DNA of 64,000 nt from Eledone cirrhosa (taxonomy: Eukaryota), in contig OZ024747.1 of NCBI GenBank assembly GCA_964016885.1, positions 49,724,001 through 49,788,000 on the forward strand, read 5' to 3'. The first letter of the stretch is position 1. Each line of letters opens with the position of its first letter. Below are positions 1 to 12,470 of this stretch, piece by piece. The notes under the pieces are model-generated. The model searched no databases. It was not told the origin of the DNA and saw only the letters and a list, made by a program, of their open reading frames with translations. A program made the translations under genes and the position numbers.

Positions 1-204
1 AAATAGCCAACAGCGCTGTGATAACCAGTCAGATCTCTAGCGCACTGACTGTTGTGTTCCATTTCTGAAAAGCCTTAGTGCAGTCAAGTTAAAGACAAAC
101 AGGAAGAGATCCCGCTTTGCTGTGTATAGTAAGTATTTATATTTTAGCTTTATTTAAGCACACAATATTTTAGTTATTTAAAAATTATTTTTAAGTGAAC
201 ATGA

Positions 205-480
205 TTATGTGTGTGTGTATAGACTTCTGTCCGCAACAGAAAGTTACTGCTATTTCTAGCAATAGAAATACCGTAAGAGTTTGTGATTTAGTTTTAGGGG
301 CCCATGGCAGACAAGACAGAATATATATAAGACATAGAATATATATATATATTTATGAATATAAATATATAGTCATCATCATCATATGTGTGTGTGTATA
401 GACTTTTGTCTACAACAGAAAGTGACTGCTGTTTCTAGCAATAGAAATACCGTAAGAGTTTGTGATATAGTTTTAGGGGT
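205..480. repeat. ~95-bp direct duplication (about 205-300 and 385-480)
   Basis: tgtgtgtatagactt(c/t)tgtc..caacagaaagt..ctgct.tttctagcaatagaaataccgtaagagtttgtgat.tagttttagggg occurs twice. Confidence 0.85.
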
Positions 481-678
481 CATTGTTATTTAAGTCAACA
501 AGTTGATGTTGTTTTTAAAGGTGTTAATAGCCCAAATATCACCAGAAAGATTGGCCGGAGACAGAAAGATTGACCATGTGACAAACTGGCAAATTTCATA
601 GAGAGAGAGAGAGAGTGGGAAAGATAGAGAGAGAGAGAGATAGTGGTTGAGAGAGAGTAGATTGGAAGAGAGACATAA

Positions 679-762
<84 letters not shown>

Positions 763-1077
763 GGACAGAGAAGGAAAATAGATGAGAGAGAGATCTGGTG
801 GTGTTGTTGAATGAAATTATAACAGGTGACTTCAAAGAATCCAACACAGTATTACTGTATCTAACCCGAATTTGATGACTGAATATTAAGTCATATGTAT
901 CATATAACTTGTGTTAGGACAAGATGTGTGTGGCAAATATTTCCTGCTTAATAGGAAGGGTTTCTAAGTATGTGTGTATATGTATGTGGTTGTATATATA
1001 TGTGTGTGTGTGTGTCTGTGACCAGTGTATATAGATCACAGACACCTATATATATATATATATAACGAAACATACAC

Positions 1078-1487
1078 CCCAATCCACTATATATATATAA
1101 CCAAATATACACCCCGATCCACTACCCCTACCCTATCCACCCTATCCTCCCACTCCCACCAACACCACCCTCTCTCTGTAAAGTTGGTATCACAACATCC
1201 AGTCCAAATAAATGAGATAATGAGATCGAGATCGTGTAGGTGTCACGACAAAAAACACAGTCCACACTGTAATGTGACCATGTAGGTAACACGGTAAAAA
1301 GTTCCCAGTTCCACACTGTAAATGTGGTTGGTGTTAGGAAGGGCATCCAGCCGTAGAAAACCTGCCAGATAGTCCTATATGAATGAGACACGGTCACCCG
1401 ACCAACCTTGCCTCAAGTGGGACAACTCCCGTCTAACCCATGCTAGCATGGAAGATGGACGTTAAACGAAGATGATGATGATGATAT
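1078..1487 (+). mobile_element. RTE (subfamily C) 3'UTR fragment with (GAT)n tail, nested in the Helitron's TA tract
   Basis: Near-identical to 29590-29933; ends aaacgaagatgatgatgatgat followed by (AT)n. Confidence 0.9.
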
Positions 1488-1654
1488 ATATATAAATAAA
1501 TATAAATATATATATACACACACACATATATATATATATGGGCCTTCCAATTTCCTTTTACATTATATACATGTCTGTGTATATTTTAATTATTTAAAAA
1601 TTATTTTTAAGTGAACATGATTTTTAAAAAATATTTTAATGCGAAATTTTGACA

Positions 1655-2586
1655 ATTTACTGTGGCAATTTCTGTCAACTTCTTCCGGTAGTGAAACGGG
1701 GAAATGACGCGGACATGGAAAACACATGCATTAAAAAATGCTACCTATGGCAAAGCATCAAAAAATTTCAGTTGAAGACAAACATGCAATTAAGTGAGGA
1801 AGGAGGAGACTATTCACATTTCTATTGGATATTGGAGAAGATAAGATCCCCAAAAATGCAAATGAGGAAATTATTTTGCCAAAAGGTATGGTTCTCCAAG
1901 CAACAACTATGGAAGATTGCATTGACTTTATCTACCTCTCATTCGACAATCCAGCTGATTGTCCTCTCAATGAAATGTAGTACCTCTTAGTACCTCTTAA
2001 TGAAATGATAGCATTAATTCCACCGGTATCAGACGTTTCCTTGGAACCATAAAAGAGTACTGATCCTTCAATTCTGTGAGTGATGGCACCAATGCCACCC
2101 ATTTCCCAACTGAATTCCTTGATTCAGTGGAACTCTCAGGACTGCCAACGCAACCTGGATTTGATAAAAGGATTTCTGATAATTCTAATGAAAAACTTGA
2201 ATCTTTCAAGGCTTTGTAATGGAACGCGCATGATCGTGGAAGAACTGCTTGGCAATCTCATAGTAATGAGAATCAACACTGCCGCTTTCAGAAATGAAAT
2301 TCTTATGATACTGAGAATAATGCTCAATCTATCTGAAGGTGAGGATATCGCTTTACAGCGAAGCCAATTCCCAGTTCAGCCGTGCTTCACTATGACTATT
2401 TATAAAGCACAAGGACAAACTATGGAAAACGTGTTGATTTATCTGGAGTGACCTGTATTCCAACACGGTCAACTGTATGTGGCCCTGAGCTATGGAAAAC
2501 GAAAGGAAAATATCAGAGTGTTTCTGAAGGACACCCAGTCAACTAAGAATGTTGTCATCAAAAGCATTCTTTTGAACAAAATGTAA
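1655..2586 (+). pseudogene. Helitron RepHel C-terminal PIF1 (SF1B) helicase remnant
   Basis: Translated fragments GNFCQLLPVVKRG..CIKKCYLWQ..LKTNM, LCNGTRMIV, RSQFPVQPCFTMTIYKAQGQT and *PVFQHGQLYVALS match Helitron helicase motifs. Stops and frameshifts are present. Confidence 0.9.
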
Positions 2587-2693
2587 CAGCATAAATATGA
2601 GAAATCTTAATTCCGATGAGATAAAATGAAAAGAAACAGTAAGACAGGTAACAACTAGACTATCTGTGACCCAACGGATGAGGTATGGTCTAG

Positions 2694-3633
2694 TATACTA
2701 CTGAAGCTCTGTGATTGTGTGCTTGTCTATAATTTAATACAACCAAAATAGCGCATAATGGGAAAATACTTTGACAGGAAGTTGACCCTGAAATGGGAAT
2801 ACAAAAGGAATAAAACAAGTTTCGCGTAAATCAGAGCATAGGCTCCCAAAATATGGGGTTTTTCAGGGTACCTTCATAAATCTATCTATCTAAGGCGGGT
2901 AAAATTCCCGAGATCCATGGACGAGTTCTCTCCAGCGGTCTCTGTCCCTCATTATCGCTGCCATGTCCTGCATCTCCAACAGACCAGTGTCTGTCCTTAG
3001 GGCATCAACATACGTTAACCTTGGTCTTCCTCTTCTAGTGTGTCCATGTAGGGGCTCCCAAAGGAGTACTGAGTGCAATGTCAACTCTGGATCTCGGTGA
3101 GCATGTCCAGCTAACCTCAGTCTCCTCTGTGTCACTTTTGAGCTGACTGTAGTGGAGTCTGTGCTGCTGTATGGGTCTGAGACTTGGACACTGACCAAGA
3201 AACTCACTCAGATGGTGGATGGGTGCTACACGAGAATGCTGAGGATGGCTCTGAACATTAATCAGTATACACTGAGGATGAAAAACTCAGAGCTGTCTGG
3301 GAGCATCCCTTCATAAATAGAGAGAAAGAAATAGTGGTTGTGAGAGAGTAGATAGAAAGAGAGCCATAGAGAGAGAGAGAAAAGGAGACAGAGAAGGAAA
3401 ATGGAAGAGAGAGAGAGCTGGTGGTGTTTTTGAATGAAATTATAACAGGTGACTTCAAAGAATCGAATACAACATTACTGTATCTAACTCGAATTTGGTG
3501 ACTGAATATTAAGTCATATGTATCATATAACTTGTGTTAAGACAGGATGTGTTTAGCGAATATTACCATGTGTGTGTGTATATATGAATATGGGTGTCTG
3601 TGACCTATATACACTTGTCACAGGCACACACAT

Positions 3634-3664
<31 letters not shown>

Positions 3665-3700
3665 AACATACACACATATATATGTATACACACACACGTT

Positions 3701-3773
<73 letters not shown>

Positions 3774-3876
3774 GCCTTCCAATTTCATTTTACATTAAAT
3801 ACATGCCTGTGTATATTTTGATTATTTAAAAATTAATTTTAAGTGAACATGATCCAACAGGTCATGGGTGGTCTAG
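2694..3876 (+). mobile_element. Non-autonomous Helitron (copy 2), head-to-tail with copy 1, helicase segment deleted
   Basis: Shares blocks with copy 1. Ends with hairpin catgatc-caaca-ggtcatg (3848-3866), then CTAG (3873-3876) and T. Confidence 0.7.
2882..3307 (-). mobile_element. 5'-truncated, 5'-inverted RTE/RTEX-group LINE with 11-bp TSD
   Basis: Minus strand 3147->2890 encodes VSSKVTQRRLRLAGH..RGRPRLTY..DRDRWR with a short (GATA)n tail. Plus strand 3148->3307 encodes the upstream VVESVLLYGSETWTLT..CYTRMLRMALNI. TSD ccttcataaat at 2871-2881 and 3308-3318. Confidence 0.88.
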
Positions 3877-3885
3877 TATATATAT

Positions 3886-6100
3886 ATACTCTTTTACTCT
3901 TTTATCTGTTCCAGCCATCTGGCTGAGGTCATGCTGAGGCACTGCTCTTGTTGCTACACGTTCTATCTCCAGCCTCTCTCAAATTTCTTGGCAGCTTGTT
4001 GGAGAGTTGGGAGCCTTTGAACCCCAGTCTATTGCAATTTCTGCTCCTTATTCTAGATGTGAATGACGGGATCTTTGGCACCACACAGTGACGTCCTATT
4101 CAGGGGTTGGTCCAATGCGAAAGTTTGGTGCTAGTCCCTCCAGGATTTTCCATATGTATATCACTGCATATCTCTTCTGTATTCATTCGAAGGAGTAGAG
4201 TTTCAGTTCTTTTAGCCTCTCCCAGTAGCTTATCTCCTTTATTGTGGCAATCTGCTTGGTGTGGATTCGTTGGATTGCCTCAAGCTCTATGGTTAGTTTG
4301 ATACTATGGGGTGACCACTGTTGGGAGCAGTAGTCCAGGTGGCTTAGGACAAATGTCCTCCATAGTGTCAACATGGTTTCTCGGTCTCTTGTCCGGAAAG
4401 TCTTCAAGATCCAGCCAGCGAGTCATCTTCACATTGTTGCCACCCTCACAATGTGCGAGGAAAAAGATGCATCGTCGCTCATGTCTATTCCCAGGCCTTA
4501 TATCGGCTTCGACACGGGAATTTCGATTCCACTTGGTCCAGTGTAGTTGTGTTTTACTGTCTTTGTGTTAGTGGGTTGGTATTGTAGGGCTTGAAATTTT
4601 CCAGCAAACTGCATGCTGTTGTCTTCAGCCCATTTGTATATGGCATCCAGATCTTGTTGTAAAAGGGCAACACAGCTGGGCATTTGATTGCCTGTGCTAC
4701 CTTTGTGTCATCAGCCTAGCTAGTGAGGAATGTTGTATGTACTACAGAGGCCATATCTGAGAGAGCCACCAAAGACAGTAGTGGTCCCAAGACTGTGCCA
4801 TGAGGCATTGTCTGCAACTGCCTGGCTTCTGGCTTTTAAGAAATCAAGCAGCCACTCACCTACTTTTCCAGTCATACCGAGTCTGTGGTCGACCTTGTCA
4901 AAGGCCTTCGCAAAGTCAAGATATATCACGTCCACATGGAAGCTGTCCAGTAGTTGTTTCAGTACCCAGCCATAGTGTTGTAACAGCTATGTAAGGCAGC
5001 TTCTTTCTGGGCAAAAGCCATGCTGCATACTAGTTAGGCAGTCATTTTCCTTGAGGAATGTGATCAGTTTCTTTCTGATGATTCGTTCCATAACCATACT
5101 GATATGTGACCTTACTGATATGATACTGCTTCTTCCTTTATGGATAGGGCATACTGTGCCTTCTTTTAGCTCTCTAGGTAGTTTACTGCTAGCCAAAGAA
5201 CTTCTGAAGAGGATCTTCAGTGGTCTTGCTAAGGCATGCTTACATGTTTTTAGAACTGCTGGGAATCCATCAGGTCCAGCAACTGAGTTTGTTCTAATTT
5301 CTTCTATGGTGGATATCACATCTTCCTCCGTGGTTGATGGTTGCCATTTCTTCATGGAGTGTTGTGGCATCAAAGAAATCCTCTGGCTTTGTTATGGGGG
5401 GTTTGAACACACTTTTGTACTGTTCATTCAGTATTTTACTTATCCCTTGGGGATCCTCGGTTAATGAACCATTTTTATGGAAGAGTGACCTGATCTTGCA
5501 GTGTACCGAGGCAGTTTCTTTTGCAAATTTTCTATGGCCCTGGCTTCTCTCTCTGCCCTCCCCTTCTCATGGGAAAGTTAGAGTGCAGTTTCAATTTCAA
5601 GTAGTGCCTATTTCAGATAGGGTTCCTTCTTGTTTTTCTGTTGTGCATTTAACTGGTTTGAGAGCTTAGTTCTTTGTCTCATAAGGATATTCCTGTCTCT
5701 GGGGTTTAAGATTTTTGTGTCTGTTGGCCTTTTCCTCTGGGACAAATTTATGGCATATAATTTGTATTGTCATTTAATGTTGAAAATGTGTGTTGGTGTC
5801 TTGTGTGGGGATGTTGTTGCTCCAGTTTTGCTTCTGGATCTCTTTCTTGATCTTTTTCCAGTTAGCCTTGTAAAAGTTTAGGGGGGATAAATTCCCAGTG
5901 CTTCTTAATGGTTGTGTCTCTGCTGACTCTCTCAGACCACATATCATTAGTTCTACTAAGTTATGATCCGAGAAAATCGTTGGTGTCACCTTTACATCAT
6001 GGATGAGCACTGTGTTATTTGTAAAGCAGAGATCCAGGCCATTATTGCCTCTTGGTGGGAGGAGTACTGCTTGTTCCATGAACAGCCTGTTTGTGTGGAC
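3886..6100 (-). mobile_element. Degenerate CR1-group LINE (end of APE domain, RT, C-terminus)
   Basis: Fragments RGNNGLDLCFTNN..SDHNLV, AGPDGFPA, QHGFCPERSCLT, DVIYLDFAKAFDKVDH, LDYCSQQWSPH..LEAIQR..SYWERLKELKLYS; many frameshifts. Confidence 0.88.
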
Positions 6101-6105
6101 CATAT

Positions 6106-6628
6106 ATCATCATCATCATTTTACATCCACTTTTCCCTGCTCACAAGAGTAGGATGGGTCCTATTCAGCACAGCATCTCTCCATTCGTCACGGTCCTTTG
6201 TCATCTCCTCCGTGAGCTTCAGTGATCTGAGGTCAGCTCTCACCACCTCCGCCCATATTTTTTGTGGTCTTCCTCTACTGCATCTTCCTTCTACTGGGAT
6301 TTCTTGGCACTTCTTTACCCAGCGGTCATCCTCCATGTGCATCACATGTCCATACAATGCAGTCTTCTCTCCCGCACACTGCAGCCTATACACAGTTTCA
6401 CTCACAACTCGTCTATTATTGGTCATTCACGTACATTGACATTGCACATCCAATGGAGCATGCTTCATTTCTCTCCAGTTGTTGCATATCATCCACAGTT
6501 GCTGCCCATGTCTCACTACCATGCAGCATTGCGCATCTCACACAGGCATCATATAACTGGCCTTTCGTTCATAGGGAGAAACCCTTCTTTGTCAACAGAG
6601 GAAGCAGCTCCCTAAACTTCTTCCAACA
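6106..6628 (-). mobile_element. RTE subfamily B 3' fragment
   Basis: Encodes YGHVMHMEDDRWVKKC..RGRP..DRDEWR; (GAT)n tail at 6106-6120; homologous to 30918-31460. Confidence 0.9.
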
Positions 6629-6697
6629 TATAAATATATATACTGGTACATTTTATCACAACACCAGTACTATATATTACTATTTCTCTCTCTCTCC

Positions 6698-6729
<32 letters not shown>

Positions 6730-6789
6730 GTACTGGTGCAATTTATTATGACACTAGTACTATATATATATTACTATATCTAAGGCTAA

Positions 6790-7068
6790 AGTCTGTCTTA
6801 AGCCAGAAGACTCATTTGGCCAGTGCTTATTCCGGTTTCATAGCATGAAGTGACTGAGAGTACAAGACTCCCCCCTGGACAGGATGCCAGTCCATTGCAG
6901 GGTTAAACCCCCAGCTATTGCTGGTACTCATTTTCAGCTGAGTATACTGGAGCAACGTGAAATGAAGTGTTTTGCTCAAGAACACAACACGCAACCCAGG
7001 AAACAAACCCACAAAATTATGATCGTAAGTCCAACACCCTTACCACAAGGCCACGTGCTTCCACACAC
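6790..7068 (-). mobile_element. tRNA-derived SINE with conserved central core
   Basis: Minus strand has a tRNA-like head (tggccttgtggtaag), then cttgagcaaaacacttcatttcacgttgctccag, then the core cctgcaatggactggcatcctgtccaggggggag..catgctatgaaaccgg. Superfamily not assigned. Confidence 0.75.
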
Positions 7069-7081
7069 ATTACTATATATA

Positions 7082-8078
7082 TATCATCATCATCATCACC
7101 ATTTTACGTCAATGTGTCCACTCTAGTATGGGTTAGACAGGTTATCCTGTTGTGGGCAATGCCAGGTCAGGTGACCATGTCTTGCTCATACAGAACTGAT
7201 TTTGGCTTGGTTTCTACAACTGGATGAACTTCCTAACACCAACCTTATTTACAGTGAGTACTGGGTCCTTTTTTTTACTGTGGTGCCTACACAACCACTT
7301 TACAGTGTGGACTGGGTGCTTTTTGTCGTGACACCTACATGACCACTTTACAGCAGGAGGGGCATGGGGGCATATTGTCTCGGTCCTGTGTCATCGCCTT
7401 TGAGAGGTGCAATTGGACAAGGTCAGTTTTTATCACCTCTTTCCAGGTCTTCTTGGGTTTCCCCATTCCAAGGCTTCCATCGACTTTTAGTGCTCTGCAC
7501 TCTTTTATGCAACTGTCATCCTTCATATGCATCACATGTCCATACCAATGCAATCTCCTCTCCTGCACACAGCATTTGATTCCTCTTATGCTCAGCCTCT
7601 CTCTCAATTCATTTATGCTTTGCTGTTTGTGTATATTACTATTACACATCCATCGGAGCATGCAAGCTTCGTTTCTTTCTAATCTACGCAAATCTTTTGC
7701 ACACAGCCCCCAGGTCTCACTACCATGCAACGCTGCTGTTTGTATGCACACATGATACAGTCTGCCTTTAATTTTGAGGGAAAAGCCTTTTGTAGTTAGC
7801 AGTGGTAGTAGCTCCCTGAACTTCTTCCATCCTGTTCTTACCCTAGTTATTGTACTTTCAGAACACACTTCCTCTGCTGCTAATTTGGTCTTCTAGATAG
7901 CAGAAGCTGTCTACTATTTCTACAGTGCCCTCCCAGAATTTGCTAGTTTTTGTTTCCTGTGGCTGTTTGCTGCTTGCTGTCCTGGTACAACTGCTACATG
8001 TAAAGCCTACATTCTTAACTAGACTTCCTGAGATCCTACTACATCTCTTGTGCACCCAAAGTTTGCATTTGGGGTAGA
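7082..8078 (-). mobile_element. RTE subfamily A 3' fragment with 3'UTR
   Basis: ORFs 7335-7868 and 7858-8055 encode HKRCS..CYL..WKKFRELLPLL..HGSETW..LHWYGHV. The 3'UTR carries 2-3 copies of the 48-bp motif; (GAT)n tail. Confidence 0.9.
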
Positions 8079-8599
8079 GGATGGATATATATACTGATGC
8101 ATTTTATCATGAAACCACTACTATATATATATATACACACACATATATATACATAGAGGCTACCTCACTCCCTCTCCTTCTCTCTCTCCCCCATTCTACA
8201 TATCTCTTACATTATATCTCCCTGTTTATTTTTTTCGCATTCATTTTACAAACTACAAGGCAAGTATGTTGGTTTTTCCCATATTCCATCTATAATGTCT
8301 GTATAAATTCATCAATTTTTCTTTGCCGCCCCATCTAGATTTACTTATCTATTTCACCTTTTCCCTACCCCCTGCCCCACACACTACCATAGACTTACTG
8401 ACCAATCAAACCACAACAAACGTTCATCAATCACTCGCAGCAACAAATGCTACTACTAATTATGTTTCTTAACCATTCTCCTCTCAAGAAATCTCTGTCT
8501 ATTGTTGTCTATGGATGAGCTGAAGATGACGAACTACTTGGAATGAATATGAATTCACACGTTTCCAGGTGACCATGCGCATCTTTAATTTAGATACAG

Positions 8600-11207
8600 A
8601 AAACATACACCCTCATCCTACTCCACAAAAACCCACCCTCCCCTATTGATATCACACCCCCAAAATTCTGAATAGGCACCACTGATGTGAGCACAATGAA
8701 AGGAACAACAGGAGAAGTTATAGAGATGTTGGAGCAAAAAGAAATTGATGTATGCTGTGTGCAAAAGACTAAATGGAGAGGAGGGTCTGCTAGGCTCCTC
8801 GTTGGTAAAAATCAGTGCTACAAATTTTTCTGGGTGGGAAATGACAATGGGTTGGGTGGTTTAGGTATGCTATTAGCTGACAAATGGCTAAATAAGGTAA
8901 TCTCAGTAAACGGGGTATATGCGAGAATCATTAAACTCAGACTAGTCCTAAATAAAACAATAGCTACAATTATATCCACTTACACATTTCAATCTGGGTT
9001 GCCAGACAAACTTAAGGATAGGTTTTATGAGTCCCTAATTCACACTACCACTCTAACAAATGACAACAACCACCTGATCACCTATAGATCCGGGGAGCTT
9101 ACTAGCCAGATAGATTTTATCCTTCCCAGAGGATGAGATAGATGGACAGTTGTAAACACGAAAGCCTTCCCGGGTGATGAATGTACCTCCCAACATAACC
9201 TAGTAGTTAGCGACCTCATTGTCAGAGCTAGACAAACTTTGAAACAAAAGGCGACCTAGAGAAGAAAGATCTGGAAGCTGAAAGATCCCTCAGCCAGTAA
9301 CAAATTCAGAGATATTTTACTTGATGCCTATGACAGTAAAGAAGAACATATAGAGACATTCAATGTAGAAGAGCACTGGGAGTTCCTAAAAAAATGGCCT
9401 ACTAAAAGCGTCAGATGAGATCTATGGTTGGGGCAAGACTGCAGGGAGAAGGAGAGTGACTTGGGGGTGAAACAATAAGGGTAGACAAAGCAATTAAAGC
9501 CAAGAGACTGGCATGGAAACAATAGAAGAATGGGGGGAGCAGGATACATTACATAGAGACCAGGAGGGAAGCTAGGCGACACGTATACTCAACTAGAAGG
9601 GAAGTGGCGAATAAAAAATTCAAGCATGTTTTGCAGCGTGAGGACAGAAACAGAAGGTGTTGAAGATTGTGAGGCAGTGTGTTAGTGAAAATTGCGATGT
9701 CAATGGTGAGAAGTGTGTCTGGGATGATAAAGGTGCACTTGCCCTCACAGATGCTGAGAAGGAAGAAGTGTGGAAGAACCATCATGAAAGATTACTGAAT
9801 GAAGAGAATGCATGGAAGAAAGTGACCCTACCTCAAGCAGACCCCATTGAGGGCCCAGCAGTACAAGTCAGTAGCAGTGTAGTTAGTAAGGCAATTAAGG
9901 ATATGAAAACTGGGAAAACAGCTGGCCCATCAGGAATAGTTGCTGAGATGCTGAGAGCATCTGGGTCTGTAGGACACACCATAACCACGCATATTGTAAA
10001 CTAAGTAATACAAGAGGGTGTCATTGCACAGCAGCATCATTGTCAATTGCTATAAGAGTAAAGGGGATGTGCTAGATAGAGGTAACAATAGAGGTATAAA
10101 ACTGATGGACCAGGTCATGAAAGTAACAGAAAGAATCATAGTACAGTTGATTAGGGACAGGGTAAATCTAGATGAGATGCTGTTTTGAATTTGTGCCAGG
10201 AAAAAGCACCAATGATGCCCTCTTCCTTGTGAGACAATTACAGGTAATGTACCTAGCTAAAGGTAAGCCTCTCTACCTGGCATTTGTTGATCTGGAGGAA
10301 GCTTTCGAAAGAATGCCCCGTGAAAATTTGGTAGGCTCTCAGAAAACTAGGAGTAGATGAGTGGCTTGTGAAGGCTGTACAAGCCACATATAGAGGAGCA
10401 GTCAGTAAAGTCAGGATTAACAATGACTATAGAGAGGAATTTAGCGTACAAGTTAGTGTCCATCTGTATTGTTCTGGGGAAGTCTGGATCGAGATATGGG
10501 CCATCTTCTTGGACCCAGAAGGTAAGTTGGTGGTGCTGGATGTACCAGCGGAGAAACAGTAGATTGCTTCTGCTACTTAGGTGACCGAATTAGCAGTGGT
10601 GGTGGGTGTTCTGAAAGTACAGTAGCCAGAGTACGAATGGGATGGAGGAAGTTCAGGGAGCTACTACCACTGTTGGCTACAAAAGGCTTCTCCCTCAGAA
10701 TGAAAGGCAGACTGTATGTTGCGTATGTACAACTATGTTACATGGTAGTGAGACTTGGGTGCTGTGTGTAGAAGACTGGCGTAGATTGGAAAGAAATGAA
10801 GTCTGCATGCTCTGATGGATGTGTAATGGTAATATACGAGAATGGCGAAGCATAAATGAACTGAGAGAGAAACTAGGCATAAGAGGAATCAAATGTTGTG
10901 TGCAGGAGAGGAGATTGTGTTAGTATGGATATGTGTTGCATATGAAGGATGACAGCTCTATAAAAAGGTGCAGAGCACTCAGTTGTTGGAAGCCTTGGAG
11001 TTGTTGGAAGACACAGCAAAAAGCACCCAGCACACACTGTCAATGTGGTTGGCGTTAGGAAGGGCATCCAGTCATAGAAAACCAGCCAGAAACACCACTA
11101 CAAGAATGTGACACAGTCCTTCAACCCAACTTGCCTCTAAATGGGACCCGTCTAACCTATGCAAGCGTGGAAGATAGACATTAATCGATGATGATGATGA
11201 CGATGAA
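8600..11207 (+). mobile_element. Near full-length, internally deleted RTE LINE (APE + RT)
   Basis: APE: (DV)STMKG..DVCCVQKTKWRG..SQIDFIL. RT: MKTGKTAGPSG, AFVDLEEAFER, WRKFRELLPLL. 3'UTR and (GAT)n tail at 11188-11207. Confidence 0.9.
10463..10550 (+). mobile_element. Foreign ~90-bp fragment resembling L1/Tx1-type endonuclease coding sequence, replacing the RTE YADD region
   Basis: Reads VLFWGSLD/EIWAIFLDPEGKLVVLDV, resembling the L1-clade APE G-V-A-I-L...D-x-x-G-R motif. RTE sequence stops at ..VSVH and resumes at ..VDCFCYLGD. Confidence 0.45.
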
Positions 11208-12451
11208 ATAACAAGAGACAAGTTCCAGCATCAACAGCAAACACAAGCAGGATACGTTACAATTATATCAATCAACAACAGATAGGACATATACCATTTA
11301 TCTTGAGTTATTTTAAGCAGGCATGAAAGACATCTACATACAAGACAACAGAGCAAGCTTTCTCACATGTTTAGACCTATACAGACTGCAATGGGTTAAC
11401 AAGGATGTGGAGGATGTGAGGAGAAGAGGGGAGAGGTTGTTCAGTAAAAAAGACAACTTGCCAATTTTCAAGTATAAACTGGATAAATATTGAAAGACCA
11501 ATATATTTTAAACAGTGGTTTGGTAATGTTGAGAAAGCTTCATTATAAATCAGTTGCCATCTGTATAATATTATCTCTCAGCCATAACAGAGATGTCCTG
11601 ATATAAAAGATGTATAAATTAATGTTTCTGGTAGAAGAAATATTTAAATATTTGAAAAATGAACTAATAATGTCAATAACCTTTTGAAATGATTTAAAAA
11701 AAAAAAATGAAAAAAAAATGATCATATTTTCAATCCAAAGAACAGATTTTTATGAGTAACTCTTTTGATTTCAACACACACAAAACTGTCTCTGGTCCAC
11801 TTATGGAAAACGTGATTTGTTTAAAGTGTGAGTATTTAAATTAGAACATTCCAGCAGCATTTCTTTTTCTTTTTTAATATAAGAACCTGTCATTAAATTA
11901 TGCTCCAAACAACAGCTTGATAATAAAAATGAGTTATTTTACAAAATCTTTCAAAATTTCATGGTTATTTTCAAAATTATTTGAAACAAAGGCAGAGATG
12001 TAAGAGTATAAAACAAAATGACTTGTGGTATTGGTTCCAATTCTCTGGAGTTTAAACCTTGTAAAGGTTAACTTTACCATTGATCCTTTTGGAATTGATA
12101 TAATATAGAAAAAATAAGATGGTGTTTTGATTGAAGCATTGTGAAAAGTTTAGAAAATAGTGTTTTACTAGAAGGCTTCCACAATGTGAATAGGAGGGCA
12201 TTGTTAAAAATACAATAATAACAAGGATGTTGCTATGCTACAGTTGTTTAATAGCCAATATATTTGGGAATAAAATACCTTGTAGAGCATGCAAGCAGGC
12301 AGCAAAAGGGTTACAATTGTTGACTGTACCATTAATTCCCATAATGCAACGTATTCCCATAATGCAATGGGATTAAAAGGAAACAACTCTATCATCTTAG
12401 AAATGATGAGTCAGCAATAAAGGTCCATATAGCATGACAGAAAGCTATATC

Positions 12452-12470
12452 TGGTGACCCGTGATGTGAT
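12452..12470 (+). promoter_or_regulatory. Degenerate primer-binding site, tRNA-Trp type
   Basis: tggtgacccgtgatgtgat immediately upstream of gag resembles TGGTGACCCCGACGTGAT, the complement of the eukaryotic tRNA-Trp 3' end. Confidence 0.6.

Larger units (their letters stand above)
596..2693 (+). mobile_element. Degenerate Helitron (copy 1) carrying a helicase remnant; 5' end uncertain
   Basis: Contains a PIF1-type helicase remnant and ends in ...gtgacccaacgg...ggtCTAG (2690-2693) followed by T. Blocks 600-930 and 1500-1620 are homologous to 3318-3570 and 3700-3852. Confidence 0.75.

Noticed and set aside
2080-2451. Host PIF1 helicase gene
   Set aside because: Intronless, with stops and frameshifts, and followed by a Helitron-type CTAG end.
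8515-8605. CTGAAGATG as a possible hammerhead start
   Set aside because: Could not pair stems I-III or place a GAAA..NUH convincingly.
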